Under the pieces are notes generated by a model. The model worked only from the letters and a program-made list of their open reading frames with translations. It was not told the origin of the DNA and searched no databases. The position numbers were made by a program, and so were the translations under genes. From assembly GCA_030704615.1 (NCBI GenBank), contig CM060731.1, positions 48,918,001 through 48,982,000 on the forward strand: a DNA stretch of 64,000 nucleotides. Reading direction: 5' to 3'. Positions 1 through 12,860 of the stretch are shown piece by piece; positions within the stretch are counted from its first letter, which is position 1, and every line of letters starts with the position of its first letter. This DNA comes from Takakia lepidozioides (taxonomy: Eukaryota; Plantae; Bryophyta).

Positions 1-483
1 CCCATTGGCTGAGCTGGGTCATGGGGTATGCACAGCCTGTTATGGAAGTCAGCCAAAATTGCTATTGCACTTGTGCACAGCTAACAACAAGCCAGTCAGA
101 ATGTTGGATAAGTGTTGATTAAGGGTCTTCCATCCTGCATGGAGGGAGATTTTCCTGCGAAAGGGGCAACAACATACACTTGTGGGCATTGTCCCTGCAG
201 GATATCAAGCCTCAGAATTTGCTTGTGGGGTTTGTTGCGGGGGATGGAAGCTCCACCAAAACTTGCCACTACACTCACACAGTCCATGAGAAAAAGGATA
301 CAGAGACTTCATTGCCGTATGGGGTGGAATAGACATCTCTAATACAACATCGATTACAGCCCTGCTGCTCTAGCTCCTAGTTTGGCCGTAGATGTGACAC
401 ACTAGCACAATGACTAAGACAGAGGAACCAAGTCCTAGTGGGGAATGCAAGAAAACTCCAATTCTGAGTGGTCGAAGTGATAC

Positions 484-3400
484 CTTCAAGGGAGCATAAG
501 CAATGACAATAACATATATACGAAGGTCGAATTTTTTCCCACCAACCAAATAGGGGTTATCAATGTATCGCTGCACTATGTAATTTTCCACCTGTAGATT
601 GCACCAACACTTCATAGTTTATAAATCTACATTAGACCTTGATGAAGCAACTTTTAAAAAGACTAAAAGATGTCTAAAAGACCTCCACACGTGGTCACCA
701 GGTTGAAATTCAAACTTAAGAGTAGGCTTCCTACCTCTGGCCAGTAAGTTACCCCAGCTGGGAAAAAGGCAATCCACATGTTTGAACATGGGAATGATGG
801 TGAGATGGGCAACATTTCTTATGGGTAACTCTGCTAAACAAGAGACAAAATTGAACAGATCACCAGCTCAAACTTGAGAAGCTCAAACCATAGCTGAAAC
901 CTGTAGTTCTCCTTGAGTCTCAATTCGGGGTTGGATGCTCAAGTTGCTCCAGAGTCAACAATGTTATTGAGCTAATCGAAGGAAACAGCTTCTCCCCTCT
1001 TTTGCCCTGCTTACACCTCTACCCCCATCTGCAGAGTCTGAACCGGGCATGTATGGCCACAAGGATACAGCAAGCAACATCTAAGGGTACACCATCCTCA
1101 TCATCTCTGTCTTTTTAGAAGTTCCCAGAGGCCTTTAGCTATTAGTAATCAAAGTGCTTGGTGGCTTACCTGCACGAGGCACTCTGCCTTAATGCAAATG
1201 TTTGATGCTATACTTGCCCTTTGGTTTCTGTGGTCCTATTGTGTTGTTCTGCTTGTGTCCCTTGGGGCCTCCCATGGATGTAATGAACTCCATTCTTTCT
1301 TACTCTGTATCTCATGACTTGCTCATTCATGTATTGAATGGCATGAGGACCCACATGAAGGAACCCCATAGTCCATTTAGGAGTTCTTAGTGTGTACGAA
1401 CCCAGCCAAAAAGCTCAAGAGTGATTACCGTCCAGATGCTCAGAGTTAATTTGACCAAATTCTACAATTCATCTCCACCTTTTCCACGAAGGCTCTTGTT
1501 GATACAAAAAATCTCTCCCTCTTCTTGGGTGCTCTCAAACTCCCTCGACCATCCAGGGGTCGATGAACACAACCTCTAATGCCTTCATCTTTTTCATTTC
1601 AGGAATAACGAGGCGTAACTGGATAATAATGCCCTCCTACCTCTCTAGGAAATTTTCTACAGCCCTCATAGGAACCTCTGTGCCTTCTGAGTTGGCTCTC
1701 AAAGGTTGTGGATTGAAACGGAGAAATGGTTTAGAGAAGGAAACGCTCCAATCTGCCCAATTTGTGCATTGGAGGAAGTGGAAACAGATCACTTCTTCTT
1801 CTCCTGTCCACCACATTACTAGATACGTAGGAGATATTACTATCTATTCCCATTCCTTAGCAAAGACTTTCAGATCCCAAGTGCCTTGCGGCCTAGCTGC
1901 TTGGGGCCCTTTGTCTTAGGGTGTCACTTGATGAATCTTGAAATGCTCATTTCTTGTTCTACCCTCCCATTGGCCCTGTGGGTGTTATAAAGTACTTTCT
2001 TTCTCTCTCATGTTTTCTTCCATTTTGTCCCATAAGCTCTATAAGCTTTCTACGGACGTTATAAAGCACCAATTCATTTTATTTCTCTAGCACTTTGGGA
2101 ATTCCCCTAACACTGAGCCACTTCTAGACTACATCGAATAACCCTCTATCAGTTGTAAGGAGGTTTCTGGCTTTGAACGAACACTATGCTGTTCCAAACC
2201 TGAGAGAGCTACCAATCAGGAGGGGTTCAATAGACTTATCAAGGGCCATGAGACTGTCACTTTAAAGTACTATGTTTTCAAGTGCGAACTTCTCTCTAGG
2301 TGGGAACAGGTCACAACACCCCTAAATGCAAAGAAACTGGCAGAGAACACAGAAGATAGTCATGGAAAGTCTTAACTGTTGAAGACAAAGGAGCTGGCAT
2401 TGCAACTTGCCTGAGGGTTCTCAATCTTCCAGCGATGGTCTTTCTTCCATTCACTGATCTGATTCAGGCGCGTGAACAGAAAGATGCCCCTTCCTCGTGC
2501 CTTTCCCACTGGTTTCATTATCCACACGCCCTGTCACAAAAATTTTGTTCACAAGAGAATAGAATCAGTTCCACTCACAATGCTCAAGAAAAGGTGGACT
2601 CCTGCCCGAGAAAGGTACATTATGGTGTCTTCACCACGAAAGGGCTACTGCCTTCCATTTGGAAGGTGGAAACCAGAGCACTTTGTTACAATTATTCCAG
2701 AAACAACCTCTTACCACCCAGTCCCTTGGAAGATCAATGATTGAGGAATGCATCATGAAGATTAACTTTGCAATGTGCTTTTGGAAAGTTACTCTATTAC
2801 TTGGTCCAGAGAAGAGTGTGCTTATTTGACTCTATACTCTCTCTATACATAACTGTAAGATAATTTGAGCACTGACCATTTCTTGGAGACTTTTTGCTGC
2901 CTTCATCTTTGAAAGATTCTGGCCCTGAAAATCATCAAACAGTACGAATCCAAAGTTCTTGGGGGTAGAAGGGAACACCTGGAGAGAATATATGAAGCTC
3001 TGTCCGGGAAACTGAAAATACTAGGTCACAGTTTCACTGAGAATTGTCAAAGTGTCCCTGCTGTGACATGGTTGGATTGCTGTGTAATCTTGGAAGTCCT
3101 CACATGAATACTGTGCAACTAGCTGCACAAATTCTAATACAATTCAGTGGTTGACTGGCAGAAGGGTTGGAAGGAAATACCTTTCAGAGTATGATGTGGT
3201 TTTAAGTATGCCTATGAGAGAGCTTATGGAAGATTGTACCGGAGAAGTGCGCTTGAACTCCTCCACAAATAGTCCATACTCAGCTGGCAACGCGTACGTC
3301 TGTGGGAAAAAATTGTACCTATTTTCACACCCTGGGTTTGGATTCTTCACTGGTCCCACTTGAGACGTATCAAAACTTTTGCAGCTTTTACACGTTACAA

Positions 3401-6400
3401 CCACAATTTGCTGTGGCTGGACCAATGTCAAGGAAATACTTTCAAGGATTTGGATGTTCAAAGAGCTTATTAAAAAAAACACAGAAAATAAGAAAGTGGG
3501 GCCCTCAACAAGCAGCCCAAAAACTACAATTGAACATCAAGAGATTCATAACGAAAAATCTAAGTGAGGGATTGGCTATCCCTGAAGTAGCAGTCCCAGA
3601 CTTTTTAGCGGAGTATATGAAAAGAAAGAATTCTTTGTGCCAGCAAGAGGCCCAAAGACCCAAGGAAAGAAAACAAGAAGGGAAAGGAAAGGAACTTTAT
3701 AACGTCTATGGAAAGCTCAAAGAGCTTATGGGACAGAAGAACATTGGAAACAAGATAGAAAGGACCAGTTGGCACCCAAACAACCAGCCAACATTACCAG
3801 AGATCTATCAACTTCAACATATTCTCTAGGAGGGAGAGCCTTGCGTAAATATATTTTCCTTCAGCTCTACCCTAATGATTCTGTCATACTTTCAAAATAT
3901 TTCCACACATCCTGGGCTTTTAGCCAGTGGGCATGCTGCAGAGAGGTTGTCCAATTAGAAGAAAGTGGAATGCAGGGATACCAACACCTCCCAATAAAAG
4001 AGGTGGGATAAACAAGTAATTTGGCTGCAAGCTTTTATCAACAGGGAGGACCAACAATGTACTGGAACTGAAGCTTTGTTATTGCTAGTGCCCCCTAACA
4101 TAAAGTTCCATCAGCTCCTGTGTAATACGCTTGTTGCAGTCGTGTTTGGAAGAAATTTCCAGACCTTCTGTATTTTGTGGCAGTAGGCAAGCAACGAACA
4201 GGCCAGGTTGCTCAAAGAAATTGGAAACAGAAGAAAGAAATGAAATGAAATGAAGGAAACTTATGTGAAATAGAGGGATAGACAGACAGAGAGATGCACT
4301 GATAGCCTCCTCCCCACTGTAGATACTGCATGAGTAACTTACAACGTTGTCAAAATTGTCTACGTGACCGTACCCATACAGAGAAAAAGCTTAAGATACT
4401 CAGATTTGTGGATTGATCCCTACTTGGCAGCCTCTGTGTGTTGGCCCTCACGTTCCAGTGTTTTCTTCATGCGCTTCAAATTCTTAATCAACAAGTCCTT
4501 CCGTGTCAACTGTACTGTCTCCCTGCCCGTCAGTGTTCCTCTTGATTTCTTCCTTCCCTCTCATGTCACACTCCCAGCTAGAGATCTTAGTTTCTTATTG
4601 GTGTACATTTGACCTTGCACAATTGACTGTTCTGTCTGTCTCTTACACACACGCATACTTCGGATGTCTTTTTAAGACCTAATGTCTTCGAGGTCTCCTA
4701 TGGACAGAACGAAATATCATCTCTCTATAATTGCTCTCCACTACCATGTCCCAGGTGACCTTTGAGCTACATTTAGCTCCTTGTCACAGAAGGGATGTCT
4801 TTGGCTCGGAGTGAGCTATGGCCACAGGGTATGAGCAGTCAATCACTTGCTAAAAAGGAGGTCATCCTCAGAGGGGAAAGGGTGACACATTTTGTAATGT
4901 ACCGCATGCTCTCCAGCAGTGCAATGTTGCAGAAACAACTTCAAAGTTGAGGTGGTCTAAGGTAAGGAGTTGAACCTCATAGTAGTTCCGAAAGTGGTTG
5001 AACCTCTGCAAATCACACATAAGAGGGGAGGTGAGTGTACAAAGTTGTCTGGATTTCTGTCACATTCTCATCAAGGGTCTGAGTTTGTCTGTGCTGTATA
5101 GCTTCCTCTGTCTTCATCTCCATTACTCCACCTCAAATGACAATTAAACAAGCCTTCACTTAAACCAAAGATCTTCCAGGGTGACTGAAAAGGGACAAAA
5201 GTATGTTGCTGTGATCAGAGACAAGGCTCCCTCTGACTTCATCTCCGTCAGTGCACCTCAAGATGAGGGTGCTTGGAATTTCCCACTTGTTGCTGCTGTG
5301 CTGTTCTCTCTAAAGACCAGCCCTTATATGATCTCTTGCTAACCCATGCTGAGCACCCCTTGGCCAAAACCCTCAACTTTGCAAATTAAACAACTGTTTA
5401 CTAAAGCCAAAGATCTTCCAATGGTGACTGAAAAGGAACAACAGTTATTAGTGTTATGAGAGGCAAGCACAGACCTGGTGGTCAGCAAGGTGAATGTGAT
5501 CGAAAAACTCATACATCCATCCCACATCTGACCAGAAGAAGTCCCATTCCAACTCACTGCATGCATACATACAAGCCCATCACAACATGTTGCAAGAAAT
5601 TAATCTTATTTACAGCGACAGTGTGATAGACCTTACTATACTTTGCTTACATTCTAGAGGTCACGTATTACTCTTTACAGAGACCTAAGGGACGGAGTCT
5701 ATGAGCTTTACTTTTCTATGAAATGTGTTAATCAGGGATGGGTCCATAGAATTGGGTTCCAGGTGCGTCTCTCCTATCTTCAAGTATTGACACAAAAGGA
5801 AGACTACAATTTGGAAGTTTCATGAATGGTACCTCCCTATACTGTGATTACCACAACTGGATAACATGCTGATTTTCAATACAAGAAGGGTATTATCAAA
5901 CTTCCAACATGACATTAAGATTCAAAAAAATCTACTGATGCAACCAGAGATATACACAACAGGCTTTGGTCAAATACTACCTCTCAGTTTCCAGCCACCC
6001 ACGGGCTTTCAAAACTTCATAGATGACAGTCGTCTTCCAACAACTTCGAAATTTGATACTGCTCAGATCACCAACATAAATCAGAAAGAAAGGAAAAAAG
6101 AAAAAATCTTCACATTGGGAAAGGTGGACGCGTTGCTGAAGCAAGAGTAACTTATGGTGTCACTTGACCCAGAAGGGCTACTGCCTTCCGGTAGGAAGGT
6201 GGACACCTTTGTAACAACCAACAGGGTGGTTTGAACTCACAACCACTTGTAAGAGGGTATATGCCCTTACCACTGGGCTACATGTTGATTGTTCAATGTG
6301 CATCAGGTATAATAAGCATCCTATGTGGTTAACACACACACACATATGACAATTTGACTTGCTTGCGTGGTGAGGGAAAACCGTGAGACCTATTGACCAT

Positions 6401-6734
6401 ACATTGGAATCAGTTCGAAAATTGGTTTAAACCTTCAAACCAGAACCAAAACCAGATGTATGGAAAGCGCCCATGCCGCAAATAGCCAGAAACGTTTTGG
6501 AGGCAATGAATGCTTGAAAGCTCAATTAACATTCGGTCTCGTGAGAGACAAAGATTTGGGCTTGGTCAGCATGCTTAATATTCAATCCTTGGAATTGTTG
6601 ATGCCAACACAGCGGCCCACTCAATCTGAGAAATATACTCGTTTCAAGCTACATTTGGTTTAATGAGTCATATTGAAATGTGGCAGGCGTAAAGTAGAGG
6701 CTTACACATTCTTAGAAGTTGGTCTTTGAGCCAT
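484..6734 (-). CDS. TTLL9: Tubulin polyglutamylase, TTLL9-like (5' part; continues beyond position 1)
   Basis: Eight phase-consistent exons spliced by eye: 6706-6734, 5981-6058, 5475-5556, 4976-5005, 4424-4509, 3240-3318, 2411-2530, 484-591. Product: [49 protein letters not shown]...[26 protein letters not shown]...[42 protein letters not shown]...[24 protein letters not shown], which carries TTL-family motifs of the TTLL9/TTLL1 type. There is an in-frame stop upstream of the ATG, and the donor after 2411 is GC. Confidence 0.9.
1400..2085 (+). mobile_element. Degenerate L1-clade LINE 3' end (zf-RVT + 3' UTR) in TTLL9 intron
   Basis: 1751-1810 encodes [20 protein letters not shown] (zf-RVT-type CCHC knuckle). 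It is followed by a 3' motif shared with three other loci and a CATTT-like tail. The left boundary is approximate. Confidence 0.6.
3695..3990 (-). mobile_element. LINE/SINE 3' end remnant (same 3' motif family)
   Basis: ctttataacgtc..ggaaagctcaaagagcttatgggaca is the reverse complement of the motif at 2020-2066 and 62387-62430. The upstream extent is approximate. Confidence 0.5.
6150..6283 (-). mobile_element. tRNA-derived SINE-like element
   Basis: The minus strand reads GTAGCCCAGTGGTAAGG (A-box-like) ... GAGTTCAAACC (B-box-like). Its body (ttatggtgtc..aagggctactgccttcc..ggaaggtgga..ctttgt) recurs at about 2620-2690. Confidence 0.55.
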
Positions 6735-6907
6735 GGGGCTATGAGTCCCTTGTGTTTCTTGGGTCTAGAGGTGCTCAACACAATCCTACACGTTCCAGGG
6801 TCAAAAGGCATGGAATTATTGTCCCTCCTTTCCAATTCCTCCTTCGAAGCGTGCTTTCAACGTGGCTATACAGTATGTGATCAAAACTTCCAATTGGGAA
6901 TCTCCAA

Positions 6908-6946
6908 CCTTCCTTCCTCCCTCCCTCCCTCCCTCCCTCCCTCCCT
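6908..6946. repeat. (CCTT/CCCT)n microsatellite upstream of TTLL9
   Basis: Seen directly. Confidence 0.9.
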
Positions 6947-7738
6947 CTAGTAGACGTGAACTTTCTTCTTCCAGTGCTCTTCTTCTTGGTCAACTTCTTC
7001 GCAATACTTGGGGTCGATGACAATTGTATGTAAGGTTTAACAGCTACGACCGGATCTTGGAAGGCAGGGGCAATGCTATCCAAAGCATCTTGAAGTCGAA
7101 ACAGTCATTCAAACCCAGGAAACAGCAGTCATTCAATTTCAGGAGGGTTTACAATAAACATGTGATTAGTTTCACAACTCGATCCTGACGATATTATGTT
7201 CAGCGTGGGAGAAAAGAAGTGGGGGTGAGAGAGTATACTCAAATTATGTCCACACACACAGCAGATTTCGACACAGTCGGAAGAGCCCACATGCAAATTC
7301 AAGAAAACGCCTTGAGAGAACATTGAATGATGGCATAGACAGCGAGGGGGCTCCTTGAATTTTATGCCCAGGGCCGAGGACCGGCAAAGAGGAAATTCCT
7401 TTTGCTCCTCTCCCACATCACGCAATACAAAGCAGGTGTCAGGTACATCCCTGCCTCTTTCATCTGCCCAGACAATCTTCTCAGCATGGATTTCCTCAAT
7501 TTTTGGATGCAAATTGTCTTTTTGACCGCCACAATCATATGACGACAATGATGTGGCAAAGCATGCCCACTATGCCACCCTATTCCTGCTCTACATTCAA
7601 ACCCTACACTAGGTCCACCCAGATTTTCCCCTTTCTTCACGCTTTGCTTTTCAGCCAAAATCTGGCCCATGCAGTTCTGAGCTGTCTTGCGATGGATTTT
7701 CTTTAGCTGGGCTGCTATCGATTGCCCTTGTGTAGAAA

Positions 7739-8363
7739 CAAGTGTTGGGCGGTTATTTGATATCAGGCGGTTAGGGATGTTTCACTTTAACTTTGTATTC
7801 ACATCTTCCGGTTCCGGAGTGTTTGAGCTTTCTCATTTTTGATATCCTGTCGGTTAACAACAAATATAAATTTGAGCCTATGCGGTTATGGACAAATGGA
7901 CTTTCTCTCTGGATGGCATCCCGCGGTTCAGTATCCGGTTATCAAACAAGTCATGGGTAATTTTAATGATGTAAAATATACCAAAAATTAAAATCTAATG
8001 TAAAAATACTAGGTAATGAAAAATAATAACAGTTATTTGTATCAGAGAGTTTCATTAGGAGCTGAACCATAATCTGACCTAAATTAAAGGTTCATATAAC
8101 CATAGAATATGTTAGTAACCTCTAGTTAAAGGGCGGATATAAAGGTTCATAACTTGCCTCTTGTCTCCACCAGTTCTGGATCAAAAACAAATACAAAAGA
8201 AAAACAAAACCACAGATTCTCAAGCGGATCCGGTTATCCGATCTATTCATATCCGACGGTTCCTAACGGAGGTGAATATTTAAATTTTTGACCTCTGACA
8301 GATCCGCATATATATATCCGGGTTGGGATCCGCCGGGGGGTTTCAAATATCCGCCCAACACTG
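7739..8363. mobile_element. Non-autonomous hAT-type element (MITE-like, ~625 bp)
   Basis: TIRs CAAGTGTTGGGCGGTTATTTGA / TCAAATATCCGCCCAACACTG. Perfect 8-bp TSD TGTAGAAA at 7731-7738 and 8364-8371. Repeated subterminal CGG(T/A)T motifs. Confidence 0.85.
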
Positions 8364-9080
8364 TGTAGAAAACCTTGAGAGCAGGTTGACGGTTTCTTTT
8401 CTTGTGCATTTGTGGAGATTTTTGAAAACACAGTCCATTCACTCGACAGCAGTTTGCAATGTTTTTTTGGGGCTGCTTCCTTGAAGCAAAAGCAAAGACC
8501 TTCCTGGTTTTTTATATATGAAATTTCCATTTTAATACCCTATGGATGAATTTGCCAAATATGGATGATATAAATGGATTAAAGTACGGAGGCGGATGAT
8601 TCTATCCTAATTTCAATGGATGAACAGAATGTATGGCTATTTTTGCAAAACACTGCGTTTTTTTTCCAAATTTCAGAAAAAACGCTGCTTCGAACCAGGG
8701 ATCGCCATGACAGGATTGACCAATGCAGATTTGACACGTCAGACATCAAGGAGCAATATTAGATATCCACATCCCCTTGTCAGCAGCACGTCAGAATCGT
8801 CCCTGATGTGAACACGTGGCAAGGGCCGGCGATTCCAGCCGATTCTATTGGCTGATCCAGATACCCATGTTAAATCAAATTGAGGTTCCGAATACGTCGG
8901 GGAATGGTGATCCGCCACGGACACCTGGGGTTTCGTCGGTCGTCGTCTTCCTCGCCAACGAAGAGCTCGGTGCGAGCATCTGAGAAGAGAAGCGTGGTTG
9001 AAGCGATCGAGTCGGGCTGATATGTGTCTGAGGAGGAGGGAGGATTGTATGCATGTGGAACTGGGAGGGATTTGGAAACC

Positions 9081-10915
9081 ATGGTGACAAGCCTTCTAAC
9101 GCCCTCAGGGTCAAGTGCTCGCTCTCGCCCTTCCACGAGTTTTGTTAGATCGCCTGCGCATTCCTCCACACCACATTTGGCATCGGTCACGGTTCCATTG
9201 GCAGATCAAGAAAAATCTGAAATTAACGGAGAAAGCTGGATTTTTCCCTTTGCACGATAGACAGGTAGCACAGTCTACCAGTGGTACATCCGGCGGGTTC
9301 GAGACCTTCGGGGATCCTTCGTCGTCAGGTTTTGTTCTCTTTTGATTTTTGGATTTTGTTCGCGTCCTTCATGTGTCAGGACGCTGATTCAACAGATGAG
9401 TTCAAATTTGGATTGCTGGTCGGCGTCTTGTTGCAGAAAGTTGTATTTCTGTTCGAGTTGAGGTTTTTTATATGTTTGTATGCTTCACCCGTCACACCGT
9501 CCTTAGGTTCTTCTGGCAGTTATATGCTTTCCGGGTAATCTGTTGACTGGCAAGGATTGGAGGTCTATGAAAGGGTGGAGCATGGCGAGATCCATCGACA
9601 GGCCCTTTTAGTTTGGATGGTGGGGTGACCATTGAATTCAACAATTGGCACATTTGGTATTGGTGATCAATCAGTTGGTAGCACTTGATTATCCAGGCCT
9701 GGTGTTTGTGGAGCATGGCAGGGAGTGATTGGGAGTCTGACGATGCTGGCAGAGGTATTACCGGCCGGACATGGGAGGGCCACAGCTTGGATTCTGGTAT
9801 CGGTGGCCTCATCTTGGCGCCTTCCCGTGGGCTGCTTCAGCCTCTTTCTCAGGTTTGTTTACCAAGCATTTTCTGTTCTCAAGTGCAAGTGCCACAGATG
9901 CCTAAAACAACTCTGGGATTTATGACAAATGAAGCAGACAAGGCTCTGCCGTTCATGTTCTGCGGGACTGAAGACTGATATTATATTTGAAAGCTTTGGG
10001 GTATCAACTGGAGATCCAATCATACATACATCTTGCATTTTCTGATGAGCTGTGGATGGCGTTCTGCAATTGGCTGTGAGTTTGATGGCACAAGCCATTA
10101 GGGTTTGAGTTTACAGGGGTGAAGCAAGCAATCAGAAGCTGTGCATCTCTGCAAGAAGAACATAACTTTTTTTTCGCCGAGGATATGGGTCAAAGTATAT
10201 TGCATATGGGTCAAGGCATGGGTTACTGCAGATTAGGGCAGATTAGGGTTTCCGTTTGCCAAGCAGTGAATGGCATCAATCCATGATGGGACGGTTAAGA
10301 AAGAGGGTGTTGGCGAGTGCAGGAGACAGCCATGGGAATAGTATTGCGAGCTGTAGGAACTGGAACTGGGTGGACTACAGGGTCTGGCTTAGAAGGCCCA
10401 TCAGACTCCAAGGAAAGAGGCAGCAGTGAAGGGGACGCAGAGAGGCCAACACCAATTCGGAGTAAATCACCCCGGCGTCGCATGGGTGTGGCCTTCACTT
10501 GCAACGTGTGTGGACACCGTACTACCAGGGCGATCAACCCTCATGCCTATACCGATGGCACTGTTTTTGTGCAGGTTTGTTTTCCTCTGCTCTCTTCTTA
10601 TGCTCAATCCTCCATTCTGTCCATTCTCTAAAAGCGCAAACCTATGAAATCAATTTGACTCTGTTTTCAGTCGGTCTGAAGTGTTTGAAGGGGTCTAGAT
10701 TTTGCATGGCTGCTAGGGTTACAGATTATCTGAGACTCTGGCTTGTTGTGTGGATGATGCAGTGTGGAGGGTGTAATGTGTTTCACAAGCTGGTTGACAA
10801 CCTGAATTTGTTTCATGAACTGAAGGGCCGGATCTTTGAAGGGTACAATAATCCTGGCTTTGGACATCATCAGTCTTATGACTTCCTGACGATAGATGAT
10901 TTCCCTCTTACATAG
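9081..10915 (+). CDS. Zim17/DNL-type zinc-ribbon chaperone (Hsp70 escort), probably plastid-targeted
   Basis: Exons 10323-10574 and 10763-10915 give GWTTGSGLEGP...SPRRRMGVAFTCNVCGHRTTRAINPHAYTDGTVFVQ|CGGCNVFHKLVDNLNLFHE (zf-DNL CxxC...CxxC). The putative first exon from ATG 9081 is Ser/Arg-rich like a transit peptide (MVTSLLTPSGSSARSRPSTSF). Small exons near 9260-9420 are not firmly resolved. Confidence 0.85.
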
Positions 10916-10971
10916 GCCAAATTTTTTCTGAAGTCCATCAACAATTTGAGAAGTTTTCTGTTGTCCTTTCA

Positions 10972-11315
10972 GTTTGTTTGTTGATTGTACAGACAACCCA
11001 GTGTATATACAGTTGATGTCCCAATTTTACTACATCTGTGATTGAAGCTTTGCCATTCTTATTGATGAGAAGAAACTGCTAGGTGTATTTTGACCCCTTC
11101 CTGAGAGTTTCCTCGTATCAAATTGAATGGATGGTTTGAGTGTTTGTTTGTTGATTGTACAGAGAACCCAGTGTATATAAAGTTGATGTCCCAATTTTAC
11201 TACAAATGTGATTGAAGCTTTTCCATCTTATTGATAAGAAGAAACTGCTAGGTGTATTTTGACCCCTTCCTGAGAGTTTCCTTGTAGCAAATTGAATGGA
11301 TGGTTCGAGTGTTTG
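10972..11315. repeat. ~170-bp tandem duplication in the 3' region of the DNL gene
   Basis: gtttgtttgttgattgtacaga...gaccccttcctgagagtttcct...aattgaatggatgg occurs starting at ~10972 and ~11142. Confidence 0.85.
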
Positions 11316-12305
11316 CATCTTTTAAGGAAACAAAGTCTGTCTACTGATATTTGAAATGCAAGTGGGATTGCTTGCCCTCATGAATTTTAACTGCGATTGA
11401 GGATTGTTCTTGTCAGATCTGGGGTGGGTTGAGAAAGTACACAATTGTAAGCATCTATCCATCTGTTGTTAGCGGTGGGCAAACATACATCAGTGGGAAG
11501 TGCAAGGTTGGAAAAAAACTGAAGGACTCAGGTTGTTGGTTGATTTTTGGCGAGTGTAGAACCTTTCATCTTTATTTTGTATCTGCTAAGAACATTCCAA
11601 TGTATGAAACTGAAGGTGAGGTTTTCTTCAGTTAATTGGAATAAAATTCTAACAGTTGATGATACACCCACAGTAGTTCTTGTGGCTGCTGAATATCTAC
11701 AAACATAAAATCTTCCATTGCACCACCAGTACAATGAAGATATCCATGTACCCTTATTCAGACGCACACAACTCAGACATTCAGAAACTACCCAATCCAT
11801 GTTTAGCACAAATCATCAATTGCAAACATCCTTTTGAATGCTTGCTCTTGCTTTCCTGATTCGAACTTCCATACACACTGTACTTCTGCTTAAAGGCACC
11901 TGCAATCACCATGGCCTCATAGTTTGCTTCCCTCAGTTCTATCCAGAGGGTAGCTGCTGCAGCCACTAAAATCTCTACTGATGCATATAACCCACAATCC
12001 AAACGTCCCGAGTTGGTCTGATATCTAAGCATTCCAATGTGGTCTTAACCCTGTGTTTTCCATGCTCACATTGAGCAGACTCGCCAGTCGTTCGCAGGTT
12101 TGTAAGAAAAAATATGTTACAAATGGAAGCAGCTAAGAATTTCGGAAACATTCCAGCATGATATCACATGTACTGGATAGTGCGAGGCGCTAAGCATTCG
12201 TGATCTGACCTCGAGCCCTGCCAAATGAATGCTTTCGTAGAATCATGGACGTGTCGATCAGCAGGTTAACCAGAGGAATCCTTTGGAGATGGAACAACTG
12301 GGAGA

Positions 12306-12860
12306 TCATCGTTCTCGGAAAGAGCTAGATCTCTCCCCAATGGGCATAGAGGGCCGCCCCAGCCCAGGGGAGGGCGAAGTCTTCACCGTCTTGCTTCGGC
12401 TCACAGGTGTGGCAGTGACATGGACCAGCATCTGGTTGCCTGCAAACAAATCACTCAACTGGAGATTGGACTGCCGCGCTGCTTCCATTAGCCGCCCGTA
12501 TGATTCTCGGACCCTTGTAATCAAAGATTGCAGCTTTGACTTTCTCTTCATTTGCCGTCTGTCGGGAAGCTGTGTCGCTTGCTTTGGCCTGCTCGGTGAC
12601 TGCGCCACAAGCGTGGGGGTTTGAGCTCCACATTTGGACCTGCCCGGTGATTCCCTTCCCTTTTGCTCCTCCTTACCTCCCAATTTCTTCAACTGGGGCA
12701 CCTGCTCGGGAGGATTGCAACTCTTCCCTCCATTCAATCTCTCGTAGCCCCGCTTATTTCCCGCCGTGTCACACCCACTCGTACGGTAAGCCCTCTTGTT
12801 CTTACCCGGAGCTGTGGGTAAGTGTGAGCGAAACCCCCCAAACACTACTTTCCTGGCCAT
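12306..12860 (-). CDS. Uncharacterised basic, low-complexity protein (~184 aa)
   Basis: Single long ORF from ATG 12860 (MARKVVF...). It contains an amphipathic helix LQSLITRVRESYGRLMEAA reminiscent of small plant-specific proteins. No family recognised with certainty. Confidence 0.45.
   Translation of the reverse strand: MARKVVFGGFRSHLPTAPGKNKRAYRTSGCDTAGNKRGYERLNGGKSCNPPEQVPQLKKLGGKEEQKGRESPGRSKCGAQTPTLVAQSPSRPKQATQLPDRRQMKRKSKLQSLITRVRESYGRLMEAARQSNLQLSDLFAGNQMLVHVTATPVSRSKTVKTSPSPGLGRPSMPIGERSSSFRER

Noticed and set aside
3302-3829. 175-aa plus-strand ORF
   Set aside because: It lies antisense in a TTLL9 intron and overlaps a retroelement 3' end, with no domain signal.
6215-6283. Functional tRNA gene
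   Set aside because: A and B boxes are present, but there is no proper cloverleaf and it is attached to a dispersed repeat body, so it was treated as a SINE.
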